Below are positions 1 to 13,742 of a DNA stretch of 64,000 nt, piece after piece. Position 1 is the stretch's first letter. The number at the start of each line of letters is the position of its first letter. This DNA is from Octopus vulgaris (Eukaryota): positions 7,564,001 through 7,628,000 of the forward strand of contig OX597833.1 of NCBI GenBank assembly GCA_951406725.2, in the 5' to 3' direction. The notes below the pieces were generated by a model, which saw only the letters and a program-made list of their open reading frames with translations, searched no databases and was not told the DNA's origin. The translations under genes and the position numbers were made by a program.

Positions 1-366
<366 letters not shown>

Positions 367-807
367 AAAGACATCATTTAAGATAAATTCTAGCTGAAGT
401 GTCTTCCGTACCGGGTCCCTGTTCATCGGGTATCTCAAACAAGATGTGTAAATATAAATGGGGGTGGGGTGGGAGAGTAAAAGAAAGAAATAGAGAAAGA
501 AGGAGGGAGTAAAGGTTGGAGTGAGTGGTGGTGGGCGTGGAAAGGTCTCCTTCAGTGTTGCAAGGGTTTGACCTTTTAATAGTTTGGGCTGCCCTTGTTA
601 CCGCCCGGGGTCACCACAAGTTGGGTGGCGTGGGCGGTAGGACCTGGCGCGGCCTGTGGAAGTGGATGTGGTTTTAGGGTGGGTGGGCTTCAAGATTAGG
701 GAGTAATGTGTTTAGGGGTGTGTGGGAGGGGGTTAGATGCTTTTGAAAATGTGTGGGGAGGGAGAGGGAGGGGTAGCTGAATATGAGTTTCATACATAAT
801 GTACTGA

Positions 808-1492
<685 letters not shown>

Positions 1493-1575
1493 GTAAGAAT
1501 GAACAGATGTGACGGCGTTAATGGAGACCAGCTACAGCAATGTTGTTGGAATGTCCAGCATACTTGATGACAATT

Positions 1576-1594
1576 CACACCAGATGGCGCTCTA
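1576..1594 (+). promoter_or_regulatory. CTCF-like motif
   Basis: cacaccagatggcgctcta resembles the bilaterian CTCF core CCACCAG(A/G)(T/G)GGCGC and lies in non-microsatellite sequence. Motif match only. Confidence 0.3.
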
Positions 1595-1980
1595 AATCAC
1601 CCGGCACGCTACTCTCACACCCAGAATGCTACGACTGCTTCTGTTCCTCTCCCTGCAATTCTTACTGCTGCCCCTGCTTACCCTGCTGCTGCTTTTGCTG
1701 CTCTTTCTGTTGCTATCGATGGACATAGCCGACCACTTTACGCAAATGCTCACATTCATGGCAAACTCTTCCCTTTATATACACAGCCATATACTTTGAT
1801 CCTCCTCCGATTGCAGTATTTTTTTCACATTAGAGGACCAATAGCGTTGATACACACCCAAACAGACACACACCGACAACGGTTATCCTCGGGTTCTGCT
1901 GATGTTACATAAACACACACACACACTCCCTAACATCTTGGCGCGCAACCAACAGTAGGCCATTCCAAAATGATCAATTA

Positions 1981-2367
1981 AGGCGGCGAACCGGCAGAAT
2001 GGTTAGCACGCCGGGCGAAATGCGTATCCGCCGAGGTCGACTTTGCCTTTCATCCTTTCGGGGTCGATTAAATAAGTACCAGTTACACACTGGGGTCGAT
2101 ATAATCGACTTAATCCGTTTGTCTGTCCTTGTTTGTCCTCTCTGTGTTTAGCCCCTTGTGGGTGGTAAAGAAATAGAAATAGGTATTTCATCTGGCGTTA
2201 CATTCTGAGTTCAAACTCCACCAAGGTCGACTTTGCCTTTCATCCTTTCGGGGTCGATAAATAAGTACCAGTGACGCACTGGGATCGATGTAATCGACTG
2301 AAACCCTTTGTCTGTCCTTGTTTGTCCCTTCTAAGTTTAGACCCCCGTGGGCAATAAAGAAATAAAT
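1981..2367 (+). mobile_element. SINE family A (tRNA-derived, Meta-domain-like), tandem dimer
   Basis: A-box-like head ggcagaatggttagc. Core gccgaggtcgactttgcctttcatcctttcggggtcgat..aagtaccag occurs twice. Flanked by TSD atgatcaatt (1970-1979 and 2368-2377). Confidence 0.9.
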
Positions 2368-2699
2368 ATGATCAATTGGCAATGATCCACTCACCCACAC
2401 ACCGCAAACCCTGTTCACTCAGCTTCTTGAGACATCTTCACATCTCCTCTCACTTTCCACCCGACATTCAAACCCTCCTCTTGACATCCTACTCTCATAA
2501 TTCACCTACACAAATCTGTATATGTCTCCCCCCCTCTCTCTCTCTCTCACTCTCTCAATGTCTTCCATATCCTCGCAATTAAAGTTTACCCCTCTACTTC
2601 TCCAGTTCCATTTGATGGAACAAATTTTCCTAGGATTCACAAACTGCCACTCATCCATCGATGGATGAATCTAGTCTCTCAAAGAATTACCTTCATTGT

Positions 2700-3335
2700 T
2701 CTATGCTGGTTCTATGGAGGACATTTGTCCTCAACCATCTGGACTACTGCTCTCAACTGTAGTCACCCCACTGTGTCAAATTAATAGCAAAACTTGAGGC
2801 AGTTCCGCGGTGCTACACCAGGAAGATTGCATCAATGGAAGAACTGAGTTACTGGAGCAGACTGAGAGAGTTACGACTCTACTCCTTGAAGACGGAAGAG
2901 GCATGCAGTGGCATGCGTATGGAATATCCTGGAGGGGCTGGCACCAAACTATGGTATCAAGAGCAATACCAGCCCCCAAACTGGACGTCACTGCACTGCT
3001 CTGACGATCTCAGCTACCCCGTCTAGAGTGAGGACCAGACACTACAATAGCTTGGGATTCAAGGACCTACAGCTATTTAACGCCTCGCCAAAATATCTGA
3101 GGAGTCTTGATGGAGTGGGAGTAGATGTTTTCAAGAGACACCATGATCTCCTGTTATCCCAGGTCCCAGATAAACTTATATCAAGGCAGGGAACTCAAAA
3201 GAGGGCAGCAGTGCCGAACTCCCCACTTCACAAAAAGCCAAACATATAAGATTGACCACTGAAAAGGTGATTATACTGGCGATGCTCCAGTATGGGTACA
3301 GCCCTAGTGCTGAAACATGTAAAAGATTAAAAGAA
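2700..3335 (+). mobile_element. CR1-group LINE, 3' end of ORF2 plus 3' UTR (degenerate)
   Basis: Frameshifted translation MLVLWRTFVLNHLDYCSQL*SP..LEAVPRCYTRKIASMEELSYWSRLRELRLYSL..VWNILEGLAPN..FKRHHDLLLSQVPD matches the post-RT region of CR1-like ORF2. Ends in a (taaaaga)-type tail. Confidence 0.85.
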
Positions 3336-3844
3336 TATATGTGTGTATGCATGTGTATTCATAAAAAAAAGAATCTTATTGATAGTGACCTCGTATTTTG
3401 GCAAGTAAAGCCATATATATATTTATCACATCCGAGAGTGCGATACCCTGGCTGTGATTTGAACCCGTCCACGCTAGTTCAAAATTTAATCAACAACCCG
3501 ACACCTTACAGTGTATGTAGTGGTGCAAGACAGAAGGTACAGGCCCTGTTTAAATAGTAAACCGTGTAAATGTGGGTGGCACGATTATAAGGACCGCCTA
3601 CTGCGACGTGGCTGGGTTGAGAATAAACAATTGTTTGCTAACAGATGGGAACTGAAAGGTTTATTTGCATTTGATCGTTTCTTTTTCTGATTGGTTATAT
3701 TAAAATAGGGGGAGGGGCTGTGAACCCAGGGGGTGTAATGTTTAGCGAACAAGGGGCAGGGGAGTTAGAGAATAGTGCTAGAGTGTACGTACATTCATTC
3801 ACACCTCTCTGTCATTCTAACAGACACAAAGCTTCACCTTGCTA

Positions 3845-3853
3845 TATACGTAC

Positions 3854-3906
<53 letters not shown>

Positions 3907-3935
3907 CGTGCGTGTGTGCGTGTGTGTGTGCGTGC

Positions 3936-3985
<50 letters not shown>

Positions 3986-4172
3986 GTGTGTGTGCATACA
4001 TCTTTGTGTGTGTGTGTGTGCATACATAAACCTATATAGATAGATAGATATATGTATATATGTATGTATATATATATATATATATATATATAATTATATA
4101 TACATATATATATGATAATTATTTGAGGGAATATAATTCCTAACTTACAGGGAAAAATTCAAATTTCACAAA

Positions 4173-4226
<54 letters not shown>
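3845..4226. repeat. (GT)n, (GCGT)n and (TA)n microsatellites
   Basis: Directly visible. Confidence 0.95.
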
Positions 4227-4229
<3 letters not shown>

Positions 4230-4451
4230 TAGAAAAAAAACCCACCTTTTATCATTCCAAAATGAACAACTAAATTACACCATCTAGAAAATTACATATA
4301 ATAAAAATATAAAAATAAAATAACAATAATATACCGATAATTAAGTAAATTGCAAAATAATAATAATAAAAAAACATATATATATATATATTTCGTTTTC
4401 AGATTTGGTTTGCAAGATTCTTTATGTGAGTTCGTGTGTTGAAGCATATTG

Positions 4452-4720
4452 TGTTGTGTCTGAAATGTGACATTCTCTCTTAGCGTCAGATAATTTAAGA
4501 CACTCACCGGTAAAATTTCCACTCATTTACTAATTTATTTTTCTAAAATTTTCGTTGCGTCTTGCAACCTTTTCAACAGAGTCAACAACTATCGAAAAAG
4601 TTGTAAGACAGACATAACGAACATTTCTGAAAAATAAATTAGTAAATGAGTGGAAATTTTACCGGTGAATGTGTTAAATTATAAGGCACTAAAAGAGAAT
4701 AATTCTCCCCAGACACAACA
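4452..4720. repeat. Imperfect ~270-bp palindrome (arms ~125 bp), probably a PLE-derived terminal repeat
   Basis: Left arm ..cactcaccggtaaaatttccactcatttactaatttatttttc.. is the reverse complement of right arm ..gaaaaataaattagtaaatgagtggaaattttaccggtgaatg..; the centre is near 4585. Confidence 0.85.
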
Positions 4721-4736
4721 GTATATATATATAAAG

Positions 4737-6505
4737 TAATTAAGTTTAAGCCCGGTACTTGAGTGACTAATGGTTTCGCATCCACAAAAGCCGTAGACTC
4801 GTGAACGTCTCGTCAGACTCTTAAACTGAAGACAAATGTAATTCTTCACCTCTGGGAGGCAGGAATTCGTTACGGTCATTTGTTTATCAAAGAATAGAAA
4901 GTCCGGGGTTTGCGAGGATGGGTTATTTCCCAACCACCAGCTTTTGTGCCCAAAAGAAGGAGACCAAGAAATATATCCCTCGGGTTGCTAATGGATCGTA
5001 AGGACCATTCCGGGCCTAACCGGGGAACAGGGGATCCCATGCTTGCAGCGGGCAGTGCCTGAAACGGATAACAATGTCTGTAAATTTCCTGGTAAATGTT
5101 CAGTGATTCAGTTTTCAGGGAGACTTTGAGTATCCTTGCTCGCTCAGCTATGTGTGTGTTTCCCAAGCTGGGAAATACATCGTCACTTCACTGGCCAGCC
5201 ACATGTGGTGCCTCAAATATGAAGGGACCCCATGCGATATCAAGTGGAGGATCTTAAAGCAGCCGGGACCCTACATTAACAGGAGCGTAAAGCTTTGCAG
5301 CTTACATCCCGGCCGCTCTAAGATCCTCCACTTGATACCGCATGGGGTCCCTTCATATTTGAGGTACCACATCGGGCTGGCCAGTGATGTGACGATGTAT
5401 ATCCTGGCTTGGATGTTGGTTGCGCTCACATTACAGGAGCATCTTCAATTGGCTCGGAGCCTGGAGATGTTGTTGTTGGCACCGGTGCTGCTGGGGCTGC
5501 CATCGGTGCTGTTATCCTTACGAGGCGTGGATCCGGCGATATCGATGTGGCTACAGTCGCTGCGGCTGTTGTCGGCGCTACTGTCACCGATGATATTGTG
5601 GGTTCGTTGGTAATATTGGGCGTGGGGCCGGTAGCCTCGCTGGGCTGCTGGTGTCGGGGTGATCATCGTCTCCGGCTGTAGTGCTGGCTCTGGGGTTGTT
5701 GGCGGGTGTTTCCGGGTGTTTCCACCGCTGTCGCTACTTCCGATACCCGCGATGTTGTTGGATGATCCGCTGTTGCTATTACTATGGTCACTACCCCTGG
5801 GTATCACCACGGCCTCATACATGACTCCCTCGGCCTCGCATTGACCTCCCACAGGACGGTCATTGTACACCCAGCAAGAGCAGCCGCTCTCCTCCCGCAT
5901 TTTATGGATGTTAACTAATACACTTTTCATGTTGGGAACACAACTAATGGAGACCCTTAGGTTGTGCCTATTGAGAAAAACATCCGTGTCTGTGTGTCTG
6001 CGTGAAGTATTTGTATTCTAACCCGAGGAATATTCTTCCCACACAAACCTTGACGTTGGGTGAGAAGCAAACCAAACGACATTTCGGTGGCACTTCCTTT
6101 TGTGGATGCTAGGGCCTGGCATATAGGAGATGCGGTCCTTAAACCCGGTGGACGCCAGTGCCTCGTTGTAATAGGGAGCAGCGTCGTCAAAAATTTCTTG
6201 GCTTGAGGGTAGGTTCGAGATCCCCTTACTGACACCCTTCACTAGGTTTTTGAACACGACAGGGGTGGGCAGGAGGTTGAGTTGATGTAGGACAGCCTCT
6301 CGTTTGTCTTGCGATGGGGCCTGTGTGTACCGGAGCCCAACTCTAGTATGACATCTAAGAGGTCTACGGTGGTGAAGTCCGTTTCCATAGTAATTTTGAG
6401 TCTCATGAAGCCTAGTACGCTAATCAGGTCTTTTCTAAGCCTTTCGACTATGTGCCCGTCGGCTCCTCTAGAGATAGTCAGAGCGCCGAAGAGACCAAAG
6501 TGGAT
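4737..6505 (-). mobile_element. Penelope-like retroelement (PLE), degenerate: RT C-terminus/thumb, linker, GIY-YIG region and 3' UTR
   Basis: Minus-strand fragments in the expected order: ERLRKDLISVLGFMRLKITMETDFTTVDLLDV..HRPHRK..LSYINSTS; ISNLPSSQEIFDDAAPYYNEAL..GF..RNVVWF; GCSC..PVGGQC..GVMYEAVV; IYIV..TSLASPMWYLK..IKWRIL; AERARILK..SLNIYQEIYRHC. Confidence 0.85.
4744..4826 (-). ncRNA. Type I hammerhead ribozyme motif at the PLE 3' end
   Basis: Minus strand reads gagu-CUGACGA-gacguucacga[gucuacggcuu]uuguggaugc-GAAAC-cauua-GUC-acuc. Core boxes are intact. Helix I is gagu/acuc, extended by guuuaa/uuaaac. Helix II is a wobble stem, helix III is 2 bp, and the triplet is GUC. Confidence 0.75.
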
Positions 6506-6519
6506 GTATTTATGTATAT

Positions 6520-6639
6520 ATATGGTTCCGGGTTCAGTCCCACTGCGTGGCACCTTGGGCAAGTGTCTTCTGCTATAGCCCCGGGCCGACGAATGCCTTG
6601 TGAGTGGATTTGATAGACGGAAACTGAAAGAAGCCTGTC

Positions 6640-6709
<70 letters not shown>

Positions 6710-6932
6710 GTGTGTGTGTTTGTGTGTCTGTGTTTGTCCCCCTAGCATTGCTTGACAACTGATGCTGGTGTGTTTACGTCCCCGTCACTTAGCGGTTCGG
6801 CAAAAGAGACCGATAGAATAAGTACTGGGCTTACAAAAAATAAGTCCCAGGGTCGATTTGCTCGACTAAAAAAAGGCGGTGCTCCAGCATGGCCGCAGTC
6901 AAATGACTGAAACAAGTAAAAGAGTAAAAGAG
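6520..6932 (+). mobile_element. SINE family C (tRNA/CORE-like head, internal microsatellite, CR1-like tail), 5'-truncated
   Basis: ggttccgggttcagtcccactgcgtggcaccttgggcaagtgtc..gaaactgaaagaagc.(TA)n(TG)n..ggcggtgctccagcatggccgcagtcaaatgactgaaacaagtaaaagag; near-identical to 45582-46023. Confidence 0.92.
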
Positions 6933-7299
6933 TATATATATATATGCAAGTATTTTTTATTGTAATAATAATGATGATAACAAGAAGAACAACAAGAATA
7001 TTCTTACGCACATACATACATACACAGATACAGTCATACATACGTACATACATACAGTCTTACACTCACACACCAAAGCCAAACACAGAAGCATAATACA
7101 TAGTCTACCCGCCTGGTACCCGAGATCTATAACCTTGCCCAATCTTTCTCTCTCTTTCTCTCTCTCTCTCCCATCTACCCTGATGACATACCCACCATAT
7201 ATTCCACCACCAGCACCACGTCCACCCCTCATACAACCATTCGCCTATCATTCCTCACCTATTATATCCCCGAGATATTGCCATTATAGCATTCGTAAT

Positions 7300-7324
7300 A
7301 ATCACCACCACCACCACCACCACC

Positions 7325-7391
<67 letters not shown>

Positions 7392-7585
7392 TGTTGTTGT
7401 TGTTTTATTATTATTATTATGGTGAGGCCGGAAGCCACAGCTGGCTTCCTTTAGTTCCTGTTGCTAGCAGCTCCATCTAATGGATTTTGGAGGAGGCAGA
7501 AAGATTTTTCAAATTGGGAGTGGGGGTGGACTGCAGGGTGTGTGTGTGTGTGTGTGATCAAAAATGAGTCAAAATTTGTGTATTA

Positions 7586-7621
<36 letters not shown>

Positions 7622-7717
7622 ATTGCTCTTTGTGTATGTGTTTGATGTATGTGTGTACCTCTGAGTATGGGTGTGTGCATGCACTCGCGTAAGAGAGAGA
7701 AAGAAAGAAAGAGAGAG

Positions 7718-7752
<35 letters not shown>

Positions 7753-7832
7753 TGTGTATGAGTGCGTGTATGTTCGCACGCTCTTCAATTTTGCTGACAC
7801 AGACAGTCTGACAAACAGACAGACAGACAGAC

Positions 7833-7875
<43 letters not shown>

Positions 7876-8590
7876 GAAAGAGAGACAGACAGACAGGCAG
7901 AAAGATAGACAGAGAAGGAAGGTGTATGCGTGTGAAACAGAGAGACACGCGCACACAACTATTATATGTATATACAAACAACCACATATATAATCATGTT
8001 TATGTATGCGTATGTGCATGTGATTGTGTTTGTGTGTGTGTGTATGTATGTGTATGTATGTATGTATGTATGTATGTATGTATGTATGTATGTATGTGTG
8101 TATGTATGTATGTATGCATGTATGTATTGTATGTATGTATGTATGTGTGTATGTATGTATGTATGTATGTATGTATATATGTATGTATGCATGTGTGTAT
8201 GTATGTATGTATGTATGTATGTATGTATGTATGTATGTATGTATGTATGTATGTATGTGTGTATGTATGTATATATGTATGTATGTATGTGTGTATGTAT
8301 GTGTGTATGTATGTATGCATGTATGTATGTATGTATGTATGTATGTATGTATGTATGTATGTATGTATGTATGTATGTATGTATGTATGTATGTATGTAT
8401 GTATGTTTGTATGTATGTATTGTATGTATGTATGTGTGTGTGTATGTATGTGTGTGTGTATGTGTGTGTGTATGTGTGTATGTATGTATGCATGTATGCA
8501 TGTATGTGTGTATTTATGTATGTATGTATGTATGTATGTATGTATGTATGTATGTGTGTATGCATGCATGTATGTATGTATGTATGTGAA
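7300..8590. repeat. Microsatellite cluster: (CAC)n(TAC)n, (GT)n, (GA)n, (GATA)n, long (TATG)n
   Basis: Directly visible. Confidence 0.95.
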
Positions 8591-8859
8591 GGGCGGTGCA
8601 ATGGTTAGCTCAGTTGAAATAGGTAATACCTGAAGAGGCTGGCATCATTGTTTTGGGGTCCAGATGTGCCATTAAGTTAGCGTCGAAGAGAAAATGGTTT
8701 TTGGATGTAATTTGAAGAATATTGGATGACGAAGTCATAGAATTGGAGAGAAAGGGAGAGAGAGGGGGGACGAGAGGGGAGTAAGACTGGTTACTATATG
8801 CGTGTGTGTGTGTGAGAGAGCTTACACGCACACATACACAGCAATATATACACAGATAC

Positions 8860-8905
<46 letters not shown>

Positions 8906-9008
8906 AAAACAAATGGAAATGAAAATTTCTGAAGAAATAATTTGTTTTCTTTTCTTAAATGTGTTTTGAGTGCACAATTCTGGTTTCTCTATCTATTAAC
9001 AATGGTAA

Positions 9009-9039
<31 letters not shown>

Positions 9040-9455
9040 CATACATACATACATACATACATACATACACACACATATATACATACATACACACACTTTC
9101 GCATACATACATGTGTATGTATGTATGTTTGTCAATGCATGTATGTCCATATCTTACCCATAGACGCATACATATTCTAATGGATGTCGCGCCCAGATAA
9201 GTACGACTTGGTAACAGACAAACACATTTCGTATTAACTGTAAAAGCGAATCTTCTTCAGTGATCCCTCGTGGGACCATTGACTAAAGCCGCTGCTACAA
9301 TTATTTCCACGAAGATCGCTGAATATTGTTGGCGAATCTTGCACGGTTTTTATTCTTCTCGTATTTTTCGCGTTAATTCTTGTTCCTTCTTCCACTTCGA
9401 CGCCGTCAACTTTTACCCTTGTCCGTAGCCATCTTCTATTGACCACTGGGCCATG

Positions 9456-9526
9456 GGCATATGGCGTAGCGGTTAAGAACACGGGCTACCAACTCCAAGA
9501 TTCCGAGTTCGATTCCAGGCAGTGAT

Positions 9527-9598
<72 letters not shown>
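9456..9598 (+). mobile_element. Short tRNA-derived SINE-like element with a (TAA)n tail
   Basis: A box tggcgtagcggtt, B box gagttcgattcc, then ..gtgatctg followed by (aat)n. No intact acceptor stem, so it is not called a tRNA. Confidence 0.6.
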
Positions 9599-9731
9599 TG
9601 TTTCTTTACTACCCACAAGGGCTAAACACAGAGGGGACAAAGAAGGACAGACAAACGGATTAAGTCGATTACATCGACCCCAGTGCGTAACTGGTACTTA
9701 ATTTATCGACCCCGAAAGGATGAAAGGCAAA
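9599..9731 (-). mobile_element. SINE family A, 3' part
   Basis: Reverse complement of the family A core and tail (cctttcatcctttcggggtcgat..gtaaagaaa). Confidence 0.88.
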
Positions 9732-10329
9732 AGCCGAAACGTTGTGTTAACAACAAACAAGATGAGGACAAATATCCGTCAAATGTAAATAATGTAAATA
9801 ATGAACACCACTGTGGAATCGACGTAAGCGTAAATAAGCTTAAACAAACGTCAAAAGACAAGAAACGTTTTCCGAGACTCTAAGGATTTCACCAATATTC
9901 CTCACTTCTCAGAATTATAACGAATCCAGATTTCTTGCCTGACTTCATCAAGTATGACAATGCCAACTTTACTGTTAATGTTTCGTGCAGCCAACGTCCC
10001 TCGGTATTCGTTTGTCAGTTATTTAAACAAAGTTGCTATCAAGATAAAAATCACTAAGTTCTGAATTGTGTCGGACCAAGTCCATGATGGCGTGCGTAAG
10101 GGGCGAAGGGGTCAGAAATCCATTTGGGACCTGTCAATAACGAGGAATCAAAGAAGGTTTTTCATGTTCTGTCCTGTTCCTCGTCCCCTCGGCCCCTGAC
10201 TTCCCCCGTCCTTTTCCTTCTCTTTTTATATACATCGGTGGTGAAAGGATGTCTGGAATTGGGGACACGGAAAAGGGAAACGGTACAAGGGACGGCTATT
10301 GAGAAACGCAGGAGACTGGGTGCGCGCGT

Positions 10330-11055
<726 letters not shown>

Positions 11056-11618
11056 TATGCTCTATGTATATTGTAGAACGATAGTGGAGTGGGGTGGGGG
11101 TGGTGTCCAGTGTTCTTACCCCCACCACCACCTCCATGATAACAAAGCATATCTCTGAGGTAAGAGCCGCCCACCCCAATCTACCCGTAACTTCTCTATC
11201 TGTCTAATCCAGACACCATCCACACACAGGCATGCATCTACCGTTCCCTCACTCGTCTCCCTTTCGCCACTCACCCTTACACTGACTTCCCCCACCTCGG
11301 GAGCTGACCCCTATCAGATCTCTCCCATCTCTTGGCAGTTGACAGAAGCTACAGCTAAGGTTTCCAAAGGAACCTCTTCCTGGACCCCCAGATAAACTGG
11401 AGATAGTGGCAGCTCGAGACAGATGAGTGACGCTCTCACACTCCTTACCCTCACTCCACTGGCCGTACTCCACACCTCTCTCATCTCACACAGCCACTCG
11501 TCTTTTACTCTCTCTCTCTCTCTCTCTCTCTCTCGCTCACTCTCTCTCTCTCTCTCTCTTTATACGTTTATCCATCCACTCATCTATCAATCTATCTATC
11601 TATCTATCTATGTTTGTC

Positions 11619-11663
<45 letters not shown>

Positions 11664-11683
11664 TAGCTTCGCTGTCTGTCTGT

Positions 11684-11722
<39 letters not shown>

Positions 11723-12444
11723 AACTGGGAGAAGAACACATAACATTTAGAAGACGATACAAAAAAACATGGACGGGACATTCGAAGCCTTCAGTCAAGA
11801 ACCGGATCATCCTCACAATTTCGGCTGATTTATGTGTGTGTGTGTGTGTGTGTATAACAAATGACAGAAACGGAAAATGGAAACTTTATTGCTCACAACG
11901 ATCGTTTCGACGCATCCTGCATCGATCCCTCGCGGGTAGGATACTCTACAAGTTGTTGTGGAGCATCTCTCGGTGTAGAAGTGTCCCGTCAGGGGATTTT
12001 TTCAAGAGGTATCTCATTAAAGAAACACTGTTTCGCTCGGTTTTAATATGGCATGTTGCGCATGATCGTAAGTTTTAGCCCTTGGACAGGATTGTGAGGA
12101 ACAGATTCCGTTGCAATGTGATATATATATATATGTGTGTGTGTATAATTATGTGTGTATATAATTATGTATATATATATAATTATGTATATGTAGAATT
12201 GCGTGTGTGCATATAATTATGTGTGTATAATATATGTGTGTATAATTATACATACATATACATGCACACATGCACACACATATCCACACACACGCATGTG
12301 TGTGTGTGCGTGCGTGTGTGTGCGTGCGTGTGTATGTGTGTGTGTATGTGCGTGCATGTGCATGTGTGTGTGTGCGTGTGTGCGTGTATGTATGTGTGTG
12401 TGTGTGTTTGTGTGCGTGTGTGCGTGTATGTATGTGTGTGTGTG

Positions 12445-12838
12445 ATGATCTCTTGGACACCAGTCAGCAAGTGTATGGGTGCAACTGTACGGGTCTATGA
12501 GTGAATCTTGCAACATGTCCGACCTGGCAGAATTTGCTCTTCCGGTATTTTGCCATCGCATCGTTCGCTCCGCTCCGTTCTCGAATGATCTCGTTTCGAA
12601 TCCGCTCTCGCAAGGATATGTCCAGAATGGATCTTCCCAAAGATGGCTTATGACGTTGTAGCATGGTTTGCGACTGCTTTCTGGTTTCGGTTGATAAGTA
12701 TGAGGTCATCTGAAGAATCGGAAGTGTGTTAGTAGCCTCCACCCCGCCAATGTTCACGCCACCTGTCCAGTCAATGTCTCTGTTGACCATTTCCAGATAT
12801 GGGATAAAGAGCTTTGGAGAGGTGGTGTCTCCTTGTTT

Positions 12839-12840
<2 letters not shown>
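12445..12840 (-). mobile_element. RTE-clade LINE reverse-transcriptase fragment with an internal deletion
   Basis: KQGDTTSPKLF..LEMVNRDIDWTGGVNIGG resembles the RTE RT motif QGDxISPKLF; RSILDISLRERIRNEIIRERSG..GHVAR resembles the RTE C-terminus. Confidence 0.85.
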
Positions 12841-12896
<56 letters not shown>

Positions 12897-13119
12897 GTGT
12901 GTGTATGCAATTGTATGTGCTTTGTATGTATGTGTGTGTGCGTGTGTGCGTGTGCGCGTATAACTCAGTTCTGAGGTGAAGGTCTGACGGTCGTTTGTCC
13001 TTTGCAGTTGTTGTTTCCAGCAAATGCCGACCTTGGTGATAGATGTCAGCTCTGGTCTGATTTCAGAACGAGGCTGTATTCTTGGCCGGTGGTCGTGGTG
13101 GCTCGGAGATGAGAAGAGC

Positions 13120-13703
13120 GAACGAGCGGAGGTAAGGTGGGGGAGTTATTAGAGGGGAAAGGTAGAGTAGAGAGTAGTGAGAGGGAGAGAGAGGATTGAT
13201 AGAGAAGACATGAGGACGAAAGAGAGGAGAGAGTGAGTGATAGTGTGAGTGAGAGAGTGGGAGACAACGAGGAAGACAATAAGAGAAATGAAACAGAGAA
13301 AGTTAGAGGAGTAGGCAGAGAGTGGGAGGAAGGGGTAGGGGGGAACATGCGTTGGCAGACGACAGAGAAGAAAGAAAGGAAAACGGAAAGAGAGGAAGAA
13401 AGAAACAGAGTGTGAGAGAGCGATGTAATAAGATAGATAGAATGGGGGTGGAGAGAGAGAGAGAGAGAGAGAAATAGGGAGAGGCAGGGAGAGAGTGCAA
13501 GAGAGCGGGAGAAAGAGTGTAAAAGCGAGAGAGGGAGAGAGAGAGACGGTGAAAAGCGAAAGATAAGAAAAGAGAAAGAGAGGAATGAAAGAGTGACAAG
13601 ATAAAAGAGGAAGACGAGAAGGAGGAGAGGTGGGGGGAGGAAGATAATAGAAATGTGATGACATGTAAATATAATGGAAGTGATTAAGAGAAAAAGGGGG
13701 GAA

Positions 13704-13742
<39 letters not shown>

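Noticed and set aside
5152-5613. 153-aa plus-strand ORF with a hydrophobic C-terminus
   Set aside because: Chimera of the inverted PLE segment and the antisense of the PLE low-complexity insert.
8630-9262. Isolated CTGAAGA boxes (8630 + and ~9254 -)
   Set aside because: No properly placed GAAA with helices I-III; expected by chance.
9913-10003. Possible small exon (cag|..IITNPDFLPDFIKYDNANF..|gtattc)
   Set aside because: Weak donor, unrecognised peptide and no partner exons.
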